Source: Chloroflexota bacterium
Lineage (GTDB): Bacteria > Chloroflexota > Limnocylindria > Limnocylindrales > CSP1-4
Length of the DNA: 64,000 bases
NCBI GenBank assembly: GCA_005889475.1
Contig: VBGT01000005.1
Coordinates: forward strand, 5,961 to 69,960
Reading direction: 5' to 3'
In this document: piece after piece, positions 18,573 through 29,594 of the stretch
How positions within the stretch are numbered: the stretch's first letter is position 1
How the letters are laid out: the number at the start of each line of letters is the position of its first letter
The notes under the pieces: model-generated
Databases searched by the model: none
The model's input: the letters and a program-made list of their open reading frames with translations, nothing else
What the model was told of the DNA's origin: nothing
Translations under genes and position numbers: made by a program

Positions 18573-19246
18573 CCCTCGAGATCGACGTCGTGTGCCTGTT
18601 CCCGGCCATGCTCGAGGGTCCGCTCTCGGAGAGCATTCCCGGCCGCATCCGCGAGCGCGGCCTGGCCGAGATCCGGATCCACGACCTGCGCCGGTGGGGC
18701 CTCGGCCGGCACCGGAGCGTCGACGACGCTCCGTACGGCGGCGGCGCGGGCATGGTCCTGCGGCCGGAGCCGGTCGCGGCCGCGCTCGATGAGCTGCGCC
18801 GCGCCGAATCGACCGTCGTCCTGCTCGATCCGGGCGGCGAGGTGTTTCGCCAGGCCCGCGCCGCCGATCTCGCGACGCGTCCGCACCTGATCCTCGTCTG
18901 CCCTCGCTACGAGGGGGTCGACGAGCGGATCCGCGACCTCGTCGACCTCGAGCTCTCGATCGGCGACTATGTCTTGACGGGTGGCGAGCTGGCCGCGCTG
19001 GTCGTCGTCGACGCCGTCACGCGCCTCCTGCCCGGCGCCATCGATGACGCGTCGACGGTGGAGGAATCGTTCAGCGCGGGCCTCCTCGAGTACCCGCAGT
19101 ACACGCGACCCGCCGAGTTCCGCGGCGCAGGCGTGCCGGACATCCTGGTGAGCGGCCACCATGCGGCCGTGCGCCGCTGGCGGCACGACGCCGCCGTTGC
19201 CCGGACGAAGGCGCGCCGCCCCGACCTTCTGCCACCGGAGGAGTAA
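18569..19246 (+). CDS. trmD: tRNA (guanine37-N1)-methyltransferase TrmD
   Basis: [40 protein letters not shown] motifs; ATGA overlap with rimM. Confidence 0.95.
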   Translation: MTLEIDVVCLFPAMLEGPLSESIPGRIRERGLAEIRIHDLRRWGLGRHRSVDDAPYGGGAGMVLRPEPVAAALDELRRAESTVVLLDPGGEVFRQARAADLATRPHLILVCPRYEGVDERIRDLVDLELSIGDYVLTGGELAALVVVDAVTRLLPGAIDDASTVEESFSAGLLEYPQYTRPAEFRGAGVPDILVSGHHAAVRRWRHDAAVARTKARRPDLLPPEE

Positions 19247-19255
19247 GCGGTTCGT

Positions 19256-19286
19256 CCCGCCGGGCCGGCGCGGACCGGCCGGCGGG
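19256..19286 (+). promoter_or_regulatory. strong GC hairpin between trmD and rplS (12 bp with one bulge, no U-tract)
   Basis: CCCGCCGGGCCGG cgcgga CCGGCCGGCGGG paired by hand; starts 10 nt after the trmD stop. Confidence 0.3.
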
Positions 19287-19386
19287 CCGTGCTATGCTTC
19301 GCCGCCCTCGGCCGCCCAGCCCGAGCCCCAGATCGACCGATCAGGCGCCGCCGCGCGCCATGAACCAAAACAGGGAACGAACCGCC

Positions 19387-19737
19387 GTGAACGTCCTCGA
19401 CGAGATCGTCGCCGATCAGATCCGCAGCGACCTGCCCGAGCTCGCCTCCGGCGACACGGTCAAGGTGTCGGCGCGCGTGGTCGAAGGCGGCAAGGAGCGC
19501 ATCCAGGTGTTCGAGGGCACGGTCATGCGCCTCAAGGGTGGCGGAATCGCCCGATCGATCACCGTCCGCAAGATCGCGAGCGGGGTCGGCGTGGAGCGGA
19601 CGTTCATGGTCAACAGCCCGCGGGTCGAGAAGATCGAGGTCGTCCGGCATGGCCGGGCACGCCGCGCGCAGCTGTACTTCCTGCGCAAGCGCGTCGGCAA
19701 GGCCGCGACCCTGCGCGAGCGCCGGACGCGGGCATAG
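19387..19737 (+). CDS. rplS: 50S ribosomal protein L19
   Basis: [44 protein letters not shown]; GTG 19387 gives the canonical ~116 aa (ATG 19360 is an alternative). Confidence 0.93.
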   Translation: MNVLDEIVADQIRSDLPELASGDTVKVSARVVEGGKERIQVFEGTVMRLKGGGIARSITVRKIASGVGVERTFMVNSPRVEKIEVVRHGRARRAQLYFLRKRVGKAATLRERRTRA

Positions 19738-19810
19738 CCCGCACTCCCAGGGCCTGACCGCCCGGCCGGCGACGTCGCCGGCAAGCCCCGCGGGGTACCC
19801 TGAGCAGCCG

Positions 19811-20662
19811 ATGGCGGCGCGCGTCCCAACCTATCGCTTCGAGCGCGACCTGTGGCGTGGCGGAGCCGTCCGCATCGTCGGCGTGGACGAGGTCGGCGTC
19901 GCCCCGACGTGCGGCGCGGTCGTCGCGGCGGCGGTGGTGATGAGGCCCCACGCGCGGCGCATCCCGGGCGTTCGGGACTCGAAGACGCTCTCGGCGGGGC
20001 AGCGCGACCGCCTCGCCCCGATCATCCGGCGCCGGGCGATCGCCGTCGGCGTGGGTGCCGCCTCGGTCCGCGAGATCGACACCATCAACATCTACCACGC
20101 GACCCATCTCGCCATGCGCCGCGCGATCGCCCGGATCGGCGGCCACGATCACGTCCTCGTCGACGGCAACCGCATCGCCGGATTCGAAGCCGCCGTGGGG
20201 CCGTACTCCGCGATCGTCGACGGCGACGCGAAGTGCTACACGATCGCGTGCGCGTCGATCGTGGCCAAGGTGATTCGCGACCGGATGATGGCCCTCCTCG
20301 CCGCTCGCTACCCGGGCTACGGCTGGGAGCGCAACCAGGGCTACGCGACGCGTGAGCACCGCAACGCGATCCGGCGCCTGGGTCTCACGCCGTTCCACCG
20401 CCGCAGCTTCCTCGCCCTCCAGCGGACACTGGCAGGCGACCAGATCAGCCTTGACCTGTTCGACGAGGTGGTCGATACGTTCGAGAAGGCCGACGAGCTC
20501 GACGAGCTCGACCGCCTCGACGGCCACCCGGGCGAGACGCTCGAGGTCCTCCTCGCGGGCAGGCCGTCAGAGGCGAGCGCGGCGGCCATCGCCGAGGCAG
20601 AGTCGATCCTGCGCAATGCGAACGAGACGTCGACGCCGACAGGAGCAGACACGGCCACGTAG
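19811..20662 (+). CDS. rnhB: ribonuclease HII with acidic C-terminal extension
   Basis: [10 protein letters not shown] (DE), RDSKTLS, VDGN, ASIVAKV motifs; ATG 19811 fits the family N-terminus. Confidence 0.9.
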   Translation: MAARVPTYRFERDLWRGGAVRIVGVDEVGVAPTCGAVVAAAVVMRPHARRIPGVRDSKTLSAGQRDRLAPIIRRRAIAVGVGAASVREIDTINIYHATHLAMRRAIARIGGHDHVLVDGNRIAGFEAAVGPYSAIVDGDAKCYTIACASIVAKVIRDRMMALLAARYPGYGWERNQGYATREHRNAIRRLGLTPFHRRSFLALQRTLAGDQISLDLFDEVVDTFEKADELDELDRLDGHPGETLEVLLAGRPSEASAAAIAEAESILRNANETSTPTGADTAT

Positions 20663-20744
20663 CCATGGCGACGTTCGCATTAGACCGCGCGCTGATAGTC
20701 CGCGGTGACCGCCCGATAAGCCGACATCGCCATGCTCCCCCGCG

Positions 20745-21119
20745 ATGCGGACGGCGGCACAGCGTTCCGGCGACGCGGCTGAGGCGAGCGCCGCCGCGTA
20801 CCTCACCGAGCGCGGCTGGCGCGTCCTCGCTCGGCAGCTTCACGTCGGCCGGGCAGAGATCGACTTGCTGGCGGTCGATCCGGGTCCGCCGGCGAGCGTG
20901 GTGGTGGTCGAGGTGCGCTGGCGGGTGCGCCGTGACTTCGGCCTCGCCGAGGAGACGGTCGACGGCCGCAAGCGAGCGCGGCTCCACCGGGCTGGGTTCG
21001 TGCTGCGGGAGGCCGGCAGGCTCCCGGACGGCAGCGCGCTCCCCGCCCTACCGCTTCGCTTCGACCTCATCGTCGTCGAGCCCGGCAACCGTCTGCGGCA
21101 TCACCGGCACGGTGCCTGA
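20745..21119 (+). CDS. YraN family (UPF0102) endonuclease-like protein
   Basis: [37 protein letters not shown]...VVVEVRWR pattern of the YraN family. Confidence 0.85.
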   Translation: MRTAAQRSGDAAEASAAAYLTERGWRVLARQLHVGRAEIDLLAVDPGPPASVVVVEVRWRVRRDFGLAEETVDGRKRARLHRAGFVLREAGRLPDGSALPALPLRFDLIVVEPGNRLRHHRHGA

Positions 21120-21151
21120 ACCGGGTCCTCACGGGGGCCCGATCGGGATTC

Positions 21152-21160
21152 TGGTAAACT
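21152..21160 (+). promoter_or_regulatory. candidate extended -10 element (TGgTAAACT) upstream of rpsB
   Basis: AT-rich island in a GC-rich intergenic region; shares TAnACTCC with the sites at 29537 and 39999; would give a ~180-nt rpsB leader. Confidence 0.3.
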
Positions 21161-21342
21161 CCGCCGGCCGCGGGATCGTCCCACGGCGCCAGCCCGCCCG
21201 GCGCGCGACGCCCAGTGTCGTGTCCGGAGCTCACACGCGGACCGTTCCGATCGGGACGGTGCCGGCCCAGGCCCCTCGCGGGGACGCCGGCTCCCGACGA
21301 GGGTTCGCGGCGGAAACAACCGAACCAGGAGGTCACTCCACC

Positions 21343-22284
21343 GTGCCGTCCATCTCGATGCGGCAGCTGCTCGAGGCCGGAGTCCATTTCGGCCACCAGA
21401 CTCGCCGCTGGAATCCCAAGATGCGCCCGTTCATTTTCGCGGAGCGCAACGGGATCCACATCATCGACCTCGCCCAGACCGCGAAGCGGCTCGAGGTCGC
21501 CCTCGAATTCGTGCGCGAGACCGTCGCGCGCGGCGAGGTGGTGCTGTTCGTCGGCACGAAGAAGCAGGCCCAGGAGCCGCTCGCCGCCGAGGCGACCCGC
21601 GCCGGCATGCCCTACGTCAACAAGCGCTGGCTCGGCGGCATGCTCACCAACTTCGTCACGATCAAGAAGCGGATCGGCCTCATGGACCAGCTCGAGGCGC
21701 GCCAGCAGGCCGGCGACCTGGACCGGCTGGCGAAGAAGGAGGCGGCCAAGCTGACCGAGGAGCTCACGAAGCTCCAGGCCACGCTCGGCGGCATCCGCAA
21801 GATGAAGCGCGTGCCGGGCGCCGTGTTCATCGTCGATCCGCACCGCGAGCGCATCGCTGTGACCGAGGCGAACCGGCTCGAGATCCCGGTCGTCGGGACG
21901 GGCGACACCAACGTCGATCCGGACGAGCTCGACTACATCATCCCGGCGAACGACGACGCGATCCGCTCGATCCGCCTGCTGTGCACCCTCGTCGCCGACG
22001 CGGCGATCGAAGGGGCGCAGGAGCGAGCGAGCCGCGCCGTCGAGCCGGAGATCGAGCTGCCCGAGGAGCCGACGTACGACGACGTCGAGGCGACCGACGA
22101 GCTCGTCGCCGCCCTCGCCGGCGGTGCCGCGCTCAGCTTCGCCCCCGACGACGACGATGACCTGCTGCCGGGCGGCCCCACGCCGGCCCCGGCATCCGAG
22201 GACGGCGCCACGCCCGAGGAGATCGCGGCGGAGCTCGCGCGCGAGGCCGCCGAGGCAGAATCCACCGACGCCACCCCGGCCTGA
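21343..22284 (+). CDS. rpsB: 30S ribosomal protein S2 with acidic C-terminal extension
   Basis: GTG 21343 about 10 nt after aggagg; [23 protein letters not shown]; the long upstream part of the 539-aa ORF is non-coding. Confidence 0.95.
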   Translation: MPSISMRQLLEAGVHFGHQTRRWNPKMRPFIFAERNGIHIIDLAQTAKRLEVALEFVRETVARGEVVLFVGTKKQAQEPLAAEATRAGMPYVNKRWLGGMLTNFVTIKKRIGLMDQLEARQQAGDLDRLAKKEAAKLTEELTKLQATLGGIRKMKRVPGAVFIVDPHRERIAVTEANRLEIPVVGTGDTNVDPDELDYIIPANDDAIRSIRLLCTLVADAAIEGAQERASRAVEPEIELPEEPTYDDVEATDELVAALAGGAALSFAPDDDDDLLPGGPTPAPASEDGATPEEIAAELAREAAEAESTDATPA

Positions 22285-22389
22285 CGCGAGCCACGGCTTC
22301 GCCACCGCCAGCCGGATCACCCGACCCACCGAACCACACCACGAGGGCGGAGACGCCCGCCGACCAACGAACAGGAGCACGAGCACTTC

Positions 22390-22989
22390 ATGGCCACGAT
22401 CACGGCCGACGTCGTCAAGGACCTTCGCGAGCGCACCGGCGCCGGGATGATGGACTGCAAGCGCGCCCTCGAGGACTCGAGCGGCGACGTCGACGCAGCG
22501 GTTCTCCTGCTGCGCGAGCGTGGACTCGCTGCCGCCTCGAAGAAGGCGGACCGCGAGGCGCGCGAGGGCCTCATCTCCAGCTACATCCATCCCGGCGGCC
22601 GTGTCGGCGTGCTCATCGAGGTCAACTGCGAGACGGACTTCGTCGCTCGCACCGACCAGTTCCAGGACCTCGTCCGCGTCCTCGCGGTGCAGGTCGCAGC
22701 GCTCTCGCCGCGCTACGTCGACGTCGACCGGATCCCGGCCGATGACCTCGACGCCAAGCGGGCCGAGCTCGCGGCCGATCCGACGGCGGCGTCGAAGCCG
22801 GCCGAGATCCGGGACAAGATCGTCGAGGGGCAGCTGAAGAAGTGGTTCAAGGACGTCGTACTCCTCGAGCAGCCCTTCCGCGACACCGAGCAGACGGTCC
22901 GGGACGTCGTGACCGAGGCCATCGCCAAGATCGGCGAGAACATCCAGGTCCGGCGGTTCGCGCGTTACGCCCTCGGGGAGGACCTGTGA
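22390..22989 (+). CDS. tsf: translation elongation factor Ts (short form)
   Basis: [23 protein letters not shown]-like N-terminus, 199 aa. Confidence 0.95.
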   Translation: MATITADVVKDLRERTGAGMMDCKRALEDSSGDVDAAVLLLRERGLAAASKKADREAREGLISSYIHPGGRVGVLIEVNCETDFVARTDQFQDLVRVLAVQVAALSPRYVDVDRIPADDLDAKRAELAADPTAASKPAEIRDKIVEGQLKKWFKDVVLLEQPFRDTEQTVRDVVTEAIAKIGENIQVRRFARYALGEDL

Positions 22990-23753
22990 GCGGCGGCCCG
23001 TCCGCCGTCGGGCCGGGGAGCCCGCGCTACGGGCGGATCCTGCTCAAGCTGTCCGGCGAGGCGCTCCTGGGGAACCGCCAATACGGCGTCGACCCGCAGG
23101 TCTGCGCATTCATCGCCAGCCAGGTCGCCGCGGTCCGGGCGCGCGGCGTCGAGGTCGGCATCGTCGTCGGTGGCGGCAACATCTTCCGCGGCCTGTCCGC
23201 GGCGGCCCAGGGCATGGACCGCGCCACCGGCGATTACATCGGCATGCTCGCGACCGTGATGAACGGGCTTGCGCTCCAGGACGCCGTCGAGCGAACGGAG
23301 ACGCCGACCCGCGTGATGAGCGCCATCGCGATGAACGAGATCGCGGAGCCGTACATCCGGCGCCGCGCCGTGCGCCACCTCGAGAAGGGCCGCGTCGTGA
23401 TCTTCGTTGCCGGCACCGGCAACCCGTACTTCACGACCGACACCGCGGCGGCACTGCGCGCCGTGGAGATCGGCGCCGAGGTGCTGTTGAAGGCGACCAA
23501 GGTCGACGGGGTCTACGATGCCGATCCGATGACGGTCCCGGGGGCTCGGAAGTACGACCGGCTCGAGTACACCGACCTGCTGCGCGACCAGCTCAAGGTG
23601 CTGGATGGCGCGGCGGTGTCGCTGTGCATGGAGAACGACCTGCCGATCGTGGTGTTCGACCTGAACGGGACGGACAACATCGCCCGCGTGGCGTTCGGGG
23701 AGCCCGTCGGCACGCTCATCGCCGGGCCGGCCGCCGCGGGGACCCCGGCGTGA
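22986..23753 (+). CDS. pyrH: UMP kinase
   Basis: [32 protein letters not shown] motifs; GTGA overlap with tsf. Confidence 0.95.
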   Translation: MSGGPSAVGPGSPRYGRILLKLSGEALLGNRQYGVDPQVCAFIASQVAAVRARGVEVGIVVGGGNIFRGLSAAAQGMDRATGDYIGMLATVMNGLALQDAVERTETPTRVMSAIAMNEIAEPYIRRRAVRHLEKGRVVIFVAGTGNPYFTTDTAAALRAVEIGAEVLLKATKVDGVYDADPMTVPGARKYDRLEYTDLLRDQLKVLDGAAVSLCMENDLPIVVFDLNGTDNIARVAFGEPVGTLIAGPAAAGTPA

Positions 23754-24310
23754 CCGATCACGAGATCATCACCGCGGCCGACCACAAGATGGCGCGTGCG
23801 GTCGAGGTGATGGACCGCGACCTCCAGTCGATCCGGACCGGTCGCGCCTCGACCGGCCTGGTCGAGCGGATCCACATCGACTATTACGGCACCCAGACGC
23901 CGCTCAACCAGCTGGCCGGGATCAGCGTGCCCGAGCCGCACCAGATCGTCATCCAGCCGTGGGATCGCAGCGCGCTCGGCGCGATCGAGCGGGCGATCAT
24001 CAAGAGCGACATCGGGCTGACGCCGAACGTCGACAGCAATGTCGTGCGCCTCAACATCCCGCCGCTGACCGAGGAGCGCCGGCACGACCTCGTGCGTGTT
24101 GTCCACAAGCGCATGGAGGAGGCGCGGGTCGAGATCCGCAACCTCCGGCGCGACGCCGCCGACCAGCTGAAGAAGCTGCAGCGCGACGGCGACGTTGGCG
24201 TCGACGAGGAGCACAAGCTGCTCGAGAGCCTGCAGAAGACGACCGACCGGCACGTCGCCGACGTGGATCGCGTCGGCGGTGCCAAGGAGCAGGAGGTCCT
24301 CGAGGTCTAG
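23750..24310 (+). CDS. frr: ribosome recycling factor
   Basis: [22 protein letters not shown]...[10 protein letters not shown]; GTGA overlap with pyrH. Confidence 0.95.
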   Translation: MTDHEIITAADHKMARAVEVMDRDLQSIRTGRASTGLVERIHIDYYGTQTPLNQLAGISVPEPHQIVIQPWDRSALGAIERAIIKSDIGLTPNVDSNVVRLNIPPLTEERRHDLVRVVHKRMEEARVEIRNLRRDAADQLKKLQRDGDVGVDEEHKLLESLQKTTDRHVADVDRVGGAKEQEVLEV

Positions 24311-25110
24311 TGGCGCGTGCGCCGCTGATCCGCCCGACCGACGCCCCGCCCCGCGCCCACGACAGCGACGCCGGGGCCGGCCCGGCCGCCGAGCCCGCAG
24401 CCCGGCCCGCGGCCCAGGATGCCCGGACCGACGTGCCCCGGCACGTCGCCATCATCATGGACGGCAACCGTCGCTGGGCCCGCGGCCGCGGCGTCTCCGA
24501 GCTGGACGGCCACGCAGCGGGCGTCGAGGCCATCCGCGGGTTGCTCCGCCACGCCGTTCGCCGCGGCATCCCCGTGCTGACGCTGTACGCCTTCAGCCGC
24601 GAGAACTGGGCCCGAACCGATGACGAGGTGGTCGGCCTCTTCAGCCTGCTCGAGGGCGCGATCCGCAGCGAGACGGCCGAGCTCCGCGCCCAGGGCGTGC
24701 AGGTTCGGCTCCTCGGCCGGCTCGACGAGCTGCCGCCGGCAACCAGGACGTCGATCGAGTCGGCGCTTGCGGCAACCGCGGACGGTGCGCGGCTCGTGCT
24801 CAACATCGCCTTCAACTACGCCGGCAGGACGGAGCTCGTCGACGCGGTCCGGGGCATCGTCCGCGCCGGGATCCCCGCCGACGGGATCGACGAGGCGACC
24901 ATCGCCGCGGCTCTGTACACCGCCGGGCTGCCCGATCCGGACCTCGTGATCCGCACCGGTGGCGAGCAGCGCCTGTCCAATTTCCTCATCTGGCAGTCGG
25001 CATACGCCGAGCTGTTGACCACCGAGACGCTCTGGCCCGACTACGGCCCCGCCGATCTCGACGACGCCCTGGCCGAGTACGCCAGCCGGACCCGACGCTT
25101 CGGGCGCTGA
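24310..25110 (+). CDS. uppS: isoprenyl transferase (undecaprenyl diphosphate synthase family)
   Basis: HVAIIMDGNRRWA, YAFSRENW, RTGGEQRLSNFLIWQ motifs; start GTG 24310 is tentative (about 45-aa N-terminal extension). Confidence 0.9.
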   Translation: MARAPLIRPTDAPPRAHDSDAGAGPAAEPAARPAAQDARTDVPRHVAIIMDGNRRWARGRGVSELDGHAAGVEAIRGLLRHAVRRGIPVLTLYAFSRENWARTDDEVVGLFSLLEGAIRSETAELRAQGVQVRLLGRLDELPPATRTSIESALAATADGARLVLNIAFNYAGRTELVDAVRGIVRAGIPADGIDEATIAAALYTAGLPDPDLVIRTGGEQRLSNFLIWQSAYAELLTTETLWPDYGPADLDDALAEYASRTRRFGR

Positions 25111-25114
25111 CCGC

Positions 25115-25945
25115 ATGCTCCGAGATCGCGTCCGAAGCGCCGCGATCCTGGTCCCGCCGCTGCTGGTCGCGCTCTGGCTGGGCGGCGGCTGGATCCTGCT
25201 CGTCGTCGGGCTCGCCACGGCCGTCGGTGCGTACGAGGCCTTCCGGCTCCTGACCGCCGCCGGCCACGCCTCGATGCCCGCGCTCGGCATCGTGTTGGCC
25301 GTCGTGGTCGCCCTCGGCGACTCGGTCAAGGTCCTGCCCGGCGGCTCCGGCATCCTGCTCGCGGGCCTCGGCATCGTCCTGGTCGGGATCGGCGCCTTGA
25401 CGCGGCTCGATCCACGCGAAGGCGTCGCCGTGTTCGCCACGACCACATTCGGCGCGCTGTACGTGGGCCTCCTGGGATTCGTGCCGCGACTCGCCTCGAC
25501 CGACGCGTCCGTCGACCCAACGGCCGTCCTGGGCTGGCTCGGTCCCGATCGCGCCTGGATCCTCATCCTCATCCTCGTGGTGTGGGCCTACGACACGGCC
25601 GCCTACTTCGCCGGCCGCCGCTTCGGGACGAGCCCGTTCATGCACCACATCTCGCCGTCGAAGACCGTCGAGGGCCTGGCCGGCGGGCTGATCGCGGCGG
25701 TCGTGGTTGGGGCCGTGCTCCTCGTGGCGTTCGGCCGGCCGTTCCTCGCGGGCGCGTTGCTCGGTCTCTTCGTCGGGGCGGCCGCGCAGGCCGGCGACCT
25801 CGCCGAGTCGATGCTCAAGCGCGCGGCCGGCGCGAAGGAATCGGGCCGGCTGCTCCCGGGCCACGGCGGCCTGCTGGATCGGCTCGACTCGTTCCTGTTC
25901 GCGGCGCCGGTCGCCTTCTTCTATGTCGTCGCCTTCCTCCGCTAG
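25115..25945 (+). CDS. cdsA: phosphatidate cytidylyltransferase
   Basis: Multi-TM; signature SMLKRAAGAKESGRLLPGHGGLLDRLDS. Confidence 0.9.
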   Translation: MLRDRVRSAAILVPPLLVALWLGGGWILLVVGLATAVGAYEAFRLLTAAGHASMPALGIVLAVVVALGDSVKVLPGGSGILLAGLGIVLVGIGALTRLDPREGVAVFATTTFGALYVGLLGFVPRLASTDASVDPTAVLGWLGPDRAWILILILVVWAYDTAAYFAGRRFGTSPFMHHISPSKTVEGLAGGLIAAVVVGAVLLVAFGRPFLAGALLGLFVGAAAQAGDLAESMLKRAAGAKESGRLLPGHGGLLDRLDSFLFAAPVAFFYVVAFLR

Positions 25946-27188
25946 CGGCCCGGGCGCTGCGTCGAGCGCGGGCTCGCCGCGGCGCGTCGCGCTCCTCGGG
26001 TCCACCGGCTCGATCGGCCGGCAGGCGATCGACGTGCTGTCGGCGGACCCGGCCTTCCGGGTGGTCGCGCTGGCGGCCGCCACGAACGTGGAGGCGCTGG
26101 CAGAGCAGGCTCGGCGGTTGCGCCCGTCCGCCGTTGCCCTGGCCGACGAAGGGGCAGCCCGTGCCGCCCGCGACAGCGGTCTGCCGGCCGGGACCGAGGT
26201 GCTCTCCGGCGAGGACGCGCTCGTCGAGCTGGCCACGCGCGACGACGTCGACATGGTCGTCGTGGGCACCGGCGGCATTGTCAGCCTGCGCCCGATCGTC
26301 GCCGCGCTCGACGGGGGCAAGATCGTCGCGACCGCGAACAAGGAGACGCTCGTCGCGGGCGGCCACCTGGTCATGCCTCGGGCGCGCGCGCGAGCCGCGG
26401 AGCGTCGCGCTGCCGCGCCGGCGGACCCGCTCGCGAGCCCGCTCGGCTGGCTCCGCCCGATCGACTCCGAGCACTCGGCGATCTGGCAGTGCCTCGCCGG
26501 CGAGGACCTGGCAACCGTCGCCCGGCTGATCCTGACCGCGAGCGGCGGCCCGTTTCTCGACCTGCCGATCGAGGAGTTCGCGTCAATCACGCCGGAGCGT
26601 GCCCTGCGCCACCCGACGTGGAGCATGGGCGACAAGATCACGATCGACTCGGCGACCCTCGCCAACAAGGGCCTGGAGGTCATCGAGGCCCACTGGCTCT
26701 ACGATTCGCCGTATGAGGCCATCGACGTCGTGATCCACCCGCAATCCGTGGTCCACTCCGCCGTCCAGTTCGTCGACGGCTCGCTGAAGGCCCAGCTGGG
26801 CACGCCCGACATGCGCCTCCCGATCCAGTACGCGTTGACCTACCCCGAGCGCAGGCCCTCACCGGCTGCCGCACCCGACCTCGTCGCGACGGCGAGCCTC
26901 GACTTCCGCGCGCCGGATGAGGCACGCTTCCCGGCGCTGCGCATCGCGCGCGAGGCCGGCCCGCTGGGTCCTCGCGCCACCGCCGCGTTGATCGCGGCCG
27001 ACGACGTCGCGGTCGCGCGGTTCCTCTACGGCAGCCTGGACTTCCAGGGCATCCCGCGGCTGCTCGAGGCCGCGGTGGCGAGATTCGGCCCGAGCTCGGG
27101 GCCCGACCCCGACCTCGATGAGCTCGTCGCGCTCGACGCCGAGGTCCGCGCGAGCCTCGCCACCAGCCCGGCCCGGGCGGGCGCGTGA
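25923..27188 (+). CDS. dxr: 1-deoxy-D-xylulose 5-phosphate reductoisomerase
   Basis: VALLGSTGSIGRQAIDV NADPH motif, ANKETLV, DSEHSAIWQC, HPTWSMG. Confidence 0.95.
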   Translation: MSSPSSASGPGAASSAGSPRRVALLGSTGSIGRQAIDVLSADPAFRVVALAAATNVEALAEQARRLRPSAVALADEGAARAARDSGLPAGTEVLSGEDALVELATRDDVDMVVVGTGGIVSLRPIVAALDGGKIVATANKETLVAGGHLVMPRARARAAERRAAAPADPLASPLGWLRPIDSEHSAIWQCLAGEDLATVARLILTASGGPFLDLPIEEFASITPERALRHPTWSMGDKITIDSATLANKGLEVIEAHWLYDSPYEAIDVVIHPQSVVHSAVQFVDGSLKAQLGTPDMRLPIQYALTYPERRPSPAAAPDLVATASLDFRAPDEARFPALRIAREAGPLGPRATAALIAADDVAVARFLYGSLDFQGIPRLLEAAVARFGPSSGPDPDLDELVALDAEVRASLATSPARAGA

Positions 27189-28276
27189 TGGACGGCGTGA
27201 TCTACACGATCGTCGCGATCGTGCTCTTCATCGTTGTCCTCGGTGGCATCGTGCTCGTCCACGAGCTCGGCCACTACCTCACCGCCAAGGCCCTCGGCGT
27301 GCGCGTCCTCGAGTTCGGCATCGGCTTCCCGCCCCGGGCGAGGGTGCTGCGGTCGAAGGGCGAGACGCTGTGGACCCTCAACTGGCTGCCGATCGGTGGC
27401 TTCGTCCGACTCGAGGGCGAGGACGGCGACGCGGCCGACGACCCGCGCTCCTTCGCCGCGAAGCCGCTCCGAGTCCGCCTGGTGATCCTCGTTGCCGGGG
27501 TCGCGATGAACATTGCCCTGGCATTCGTGCTCTTCTTCCTGATCGCGCTCCTGGCCACGCCCGTGTTCGGCGTCCGCATCGGCCAGATCGAGCCGGAATC
27601 GCCGGCGCAGGCTGCCGGCCTCAGCGTCGGCGACGAGATCTTCTCGGTCGCGGGCGAGCGGTTCGACCTGTTCGGAGGCCGGAGCGTCCAGCAGGCGCTG
27701 CGCGGCCATGCCGGACAGACGGTCGAGATCGGGGTCCGCCATGCCGATGGCACGCAGACCACTGCCAGCGCGACACTCCGACCCGCGGCCGACACGAGCC
27801 CGACGCGCGGCGCCCTGGGCGTCGGGCAGCTCGAGCAGACGTACGAGTACGTGGGCCACGACATCGGGACGTCCGCGGGCATCGCCGGTAGCGAGCTGGG
27901 TCGCTGGGGCGGCCTGATCATCAGCGGCCTGGGCCAGCTCATCGACGGCCTGATCAAGGACCCGACCGCGCCGCCGCCCGCCTCCGGCCCGATCGGGATC
28001 GCCGTCTCCCTTGCCGACATCTTCCTCAGCGTCGGCCCCGTCGTGACGCTGTACGTCGCGGGCATCCTGTCGGTCAATCTCGGGGTCGTGAACATTCTGC
28101 CTTTCCCGCCGCTCGACGGCGGCCGGTCGGCAGTGCTGATCATCAAGCGCCTGTTCGGCGCCCGCGTCAGCCTCCGCGCCGAGCGGCTGACCTATGCCGT
28201 CGGCTTCGTGTTCCTGATCGCCTTCATCCTGTGGATCTCGGGCTTCGACATCGCCCGCCTCGGCGCCGCGCCATGA
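27185..28276 (+). CDS. rseP: RIP metalloprotease RseP (site-2 protease, M50)
   Basis: HELGHY zinc motif, PDZ region, [11 protein letters not shown] motif, TM helices. Confidence 0.9.
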   Translation: MMDGVIYTIVAIVLFIVVLGGIVLVHELGHYLTAKALGVRVLEFGIGFPPRARVLRSKGETLWTLNWLPIGGFVRLEGEDGDAADDPRSFAAKPLRVRLVILVAGVAMNIALAFVLFFLIALLATPVFGVRIGQIEPESPAQAAGLSVGDEIFSVAGERFDLFGGRSVQQALRGHAGQTVEIGVRHADGTQTTASATLRPAADTSPTRGALGVGQLEQTYEYVGHDIGTSAGIAGSELGRWGGLIISGLGQLIDGLIKDPTAPPPASGPIGIAVSLADIFLSVGPVVTLYVAGILSVNLGVVNILPFPPLDGGRSAVLIIKRLFGARVSLRAERLTYAVGFVFLIAFILWISGFDIARLGAAP

Positions 28277-29475
28277 GCGCCTCCCGCCGCAGGACCGTGA
28301 CGGTCGACGTGGGCGGGGTCCCGGTCGGGAGCGGCTACCCGGTCGTCGTGCAGTCGATGACCAACACCGACACGGCCGACTCCGACGCCACCGCGATCCA
28401 GGTCGCGCGGCTCGCGCACGCCGGCAGCGAGCTCGTGCGCGTGACGGTCAACAACGACGGCGCCGCGGCGGCGGTTCCCGAGATGCTGCGCAAGCTCCAC
28501 GACCTCGGGGTCGGCGTGCCGGTCATCGGCGACTTCCACTACGAGTACCCGGAGATGGCGAAGGGCCTGGCGAAGTACCGGATCAACCCCGGCAACGTGG
28601 GTGCCAAGCGGCACGACGAGAACTTCCAGACCATCGTCCGGGTCGCGATCGACAACGACAAGCCGGTCCGCATCGGGGTCAACTGGGGCTCGCTCGACCA
28701 GGCGCTCCTGACCGACCTCATGGACGTGAACGCGAAGCTGCCCGAGCCGCGCGAGTCCCGCGACGTGATGATCGATGCGATGGTCGAGTCCGCCATGCGT
28801 TCCGCGGAGCTGGCCGAGGCGACCGGGCTCGGCCACGACCGGATCATCCTGTCGGCGAAGGTGTCGCGCGTGCGGGACGTGGTCGACGTGTACCGCATCC
28901 TCGCCGCCCGCTCCGATTACCCGCTCCACGTGGGGCTGACCGAGGCGGGTCTCGGGATGAAGGGCATCGTCGCCTCGACTGCCGGCCTGTCGATCCTGCT
29001 GGAGGAGGGGATCGGGGACACGATCCGGGTCTCGCTCACGCCGGCCCCTGGAGGCGAGCGCGAGGAGGAGGTGCGGGTCGCCCAGCAGGTGCTCCAGTCG
29101 ATGGGCCTGCGCTCGTTCCTGCCCCAGGTGAGCGCCTGCCCAGGCTGCGGCCGGACCACCTCGACGTACTTCCAGGAGATGGCCGAGCGGATCCAGGGCT
29201 TCCTCCGCGACCGCATGCCGGAATGGAAGGTGCGCTACCCCGGGGTCGAGGACCTGACCGTGGCCGTCATGGGCTGCGTCGTCAACGGTCCCGGCGAGTC
29301 GAAGCATGCCGACATCGGCATCTCATTGCCGGGCACGTTCGAGGAGCCGGTCGCGCCGGTGTTCATCGACGGCCGGCTCGACCGGACCCTGCGCGGCGAG
29401 GGGCTGGTCGACGAGTTCATCGACGTCCTCGAGGGCTACGTCGAACGGCGCTACGGAGCCGCCGTCCCGGCCTGA
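28273..29475 (+). CDS. ispG: 4-hydroxy-3-methylbut-2-en-1-yl diphosphate synthase
   Basis: [34 protein letters not shown] motifs; ATGA overlap with rseP. Confidence 0.95.
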   Translation: MSASRRRTVTVDVGGVPVGSGYPVVVQSMTNTDTADSDATAIQVARLAHAGSELVRVTVNNDGAAAAVPEMLRKLHDLGVGVPVIGDFHYEYPEMAKGLAKYRINPGNVGAKRHDENFQTIVRVAIDNDKPVRIGVNWGSLDQALLTDLMDVNAKLPEPRESRDVMIDAMVESAMRSAELAEATGLGHDRIILSAKVSRVRDVVDVYRILAARSDYPLHVGLTEAGLGMKGIVASTAGLSILLEEGIGDTIRVSLTPAPGGEREEEVRVAQQVLQSMGLRSFLPQVSACPGCGRTTSTYFQEMAERIQGFLRDRMPEWKVRYPGVEDLTVAVMGCVVNGPGESKHADIGISLPGTFEEPVAPVFIDGRLDRTLRGEGLVDEFIDVLEGYVERRYGAAVPA

Positions 29476-29536
29476 CGCACGGCGCGCTTGGGCGGCCCCG
29501 CAGCGCCGCCCGTTTCGCGCTCGGCCGATCTCGTTG

Positions 29537-29542
29537 TATACT
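29537..29542 (+). promoter_or_regulatory. candidate -10 hexamer TATACT in the ispG-nusA spacer
   Basis: AT-rich island ttgTATACTccgccgagcataaat; shares TAnACTCC with 21155 and 39999; no good -35. Confidence 0.3.
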
Positions 29543-29568
29543 CCGCCGAGCATAAATGGCCGCCTGGG

Positions 29569-29594
29569 ACGTGGGTGACCCCCACGTTTTTTTT
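29569..29594 (+). terminator. intrinsic terminator / attenuator hairpin with T8 tract in the nusA leader
   Basis: ACGTGGG tgacc CCCACGT (7 bp) followed by TTTTTTTT; flanked by GCCGCC...GGCGGC, which can form an outer stem. Confidence 0.7.

Noticed and set aside
28520-28600. IspG seemed to lack about 7 residues between the GDFHY strand and RINPGN compared with the Thermus-type enzyme I remember
   Set aside because: The length of this TIM-barrel helix differs between IspG subfamilies (the mycobacterial type is also different). All catalytic motifs and the Fe-S Cys motifs are intact. My recollection of reference sequences is not precise enough to call it a deletion.
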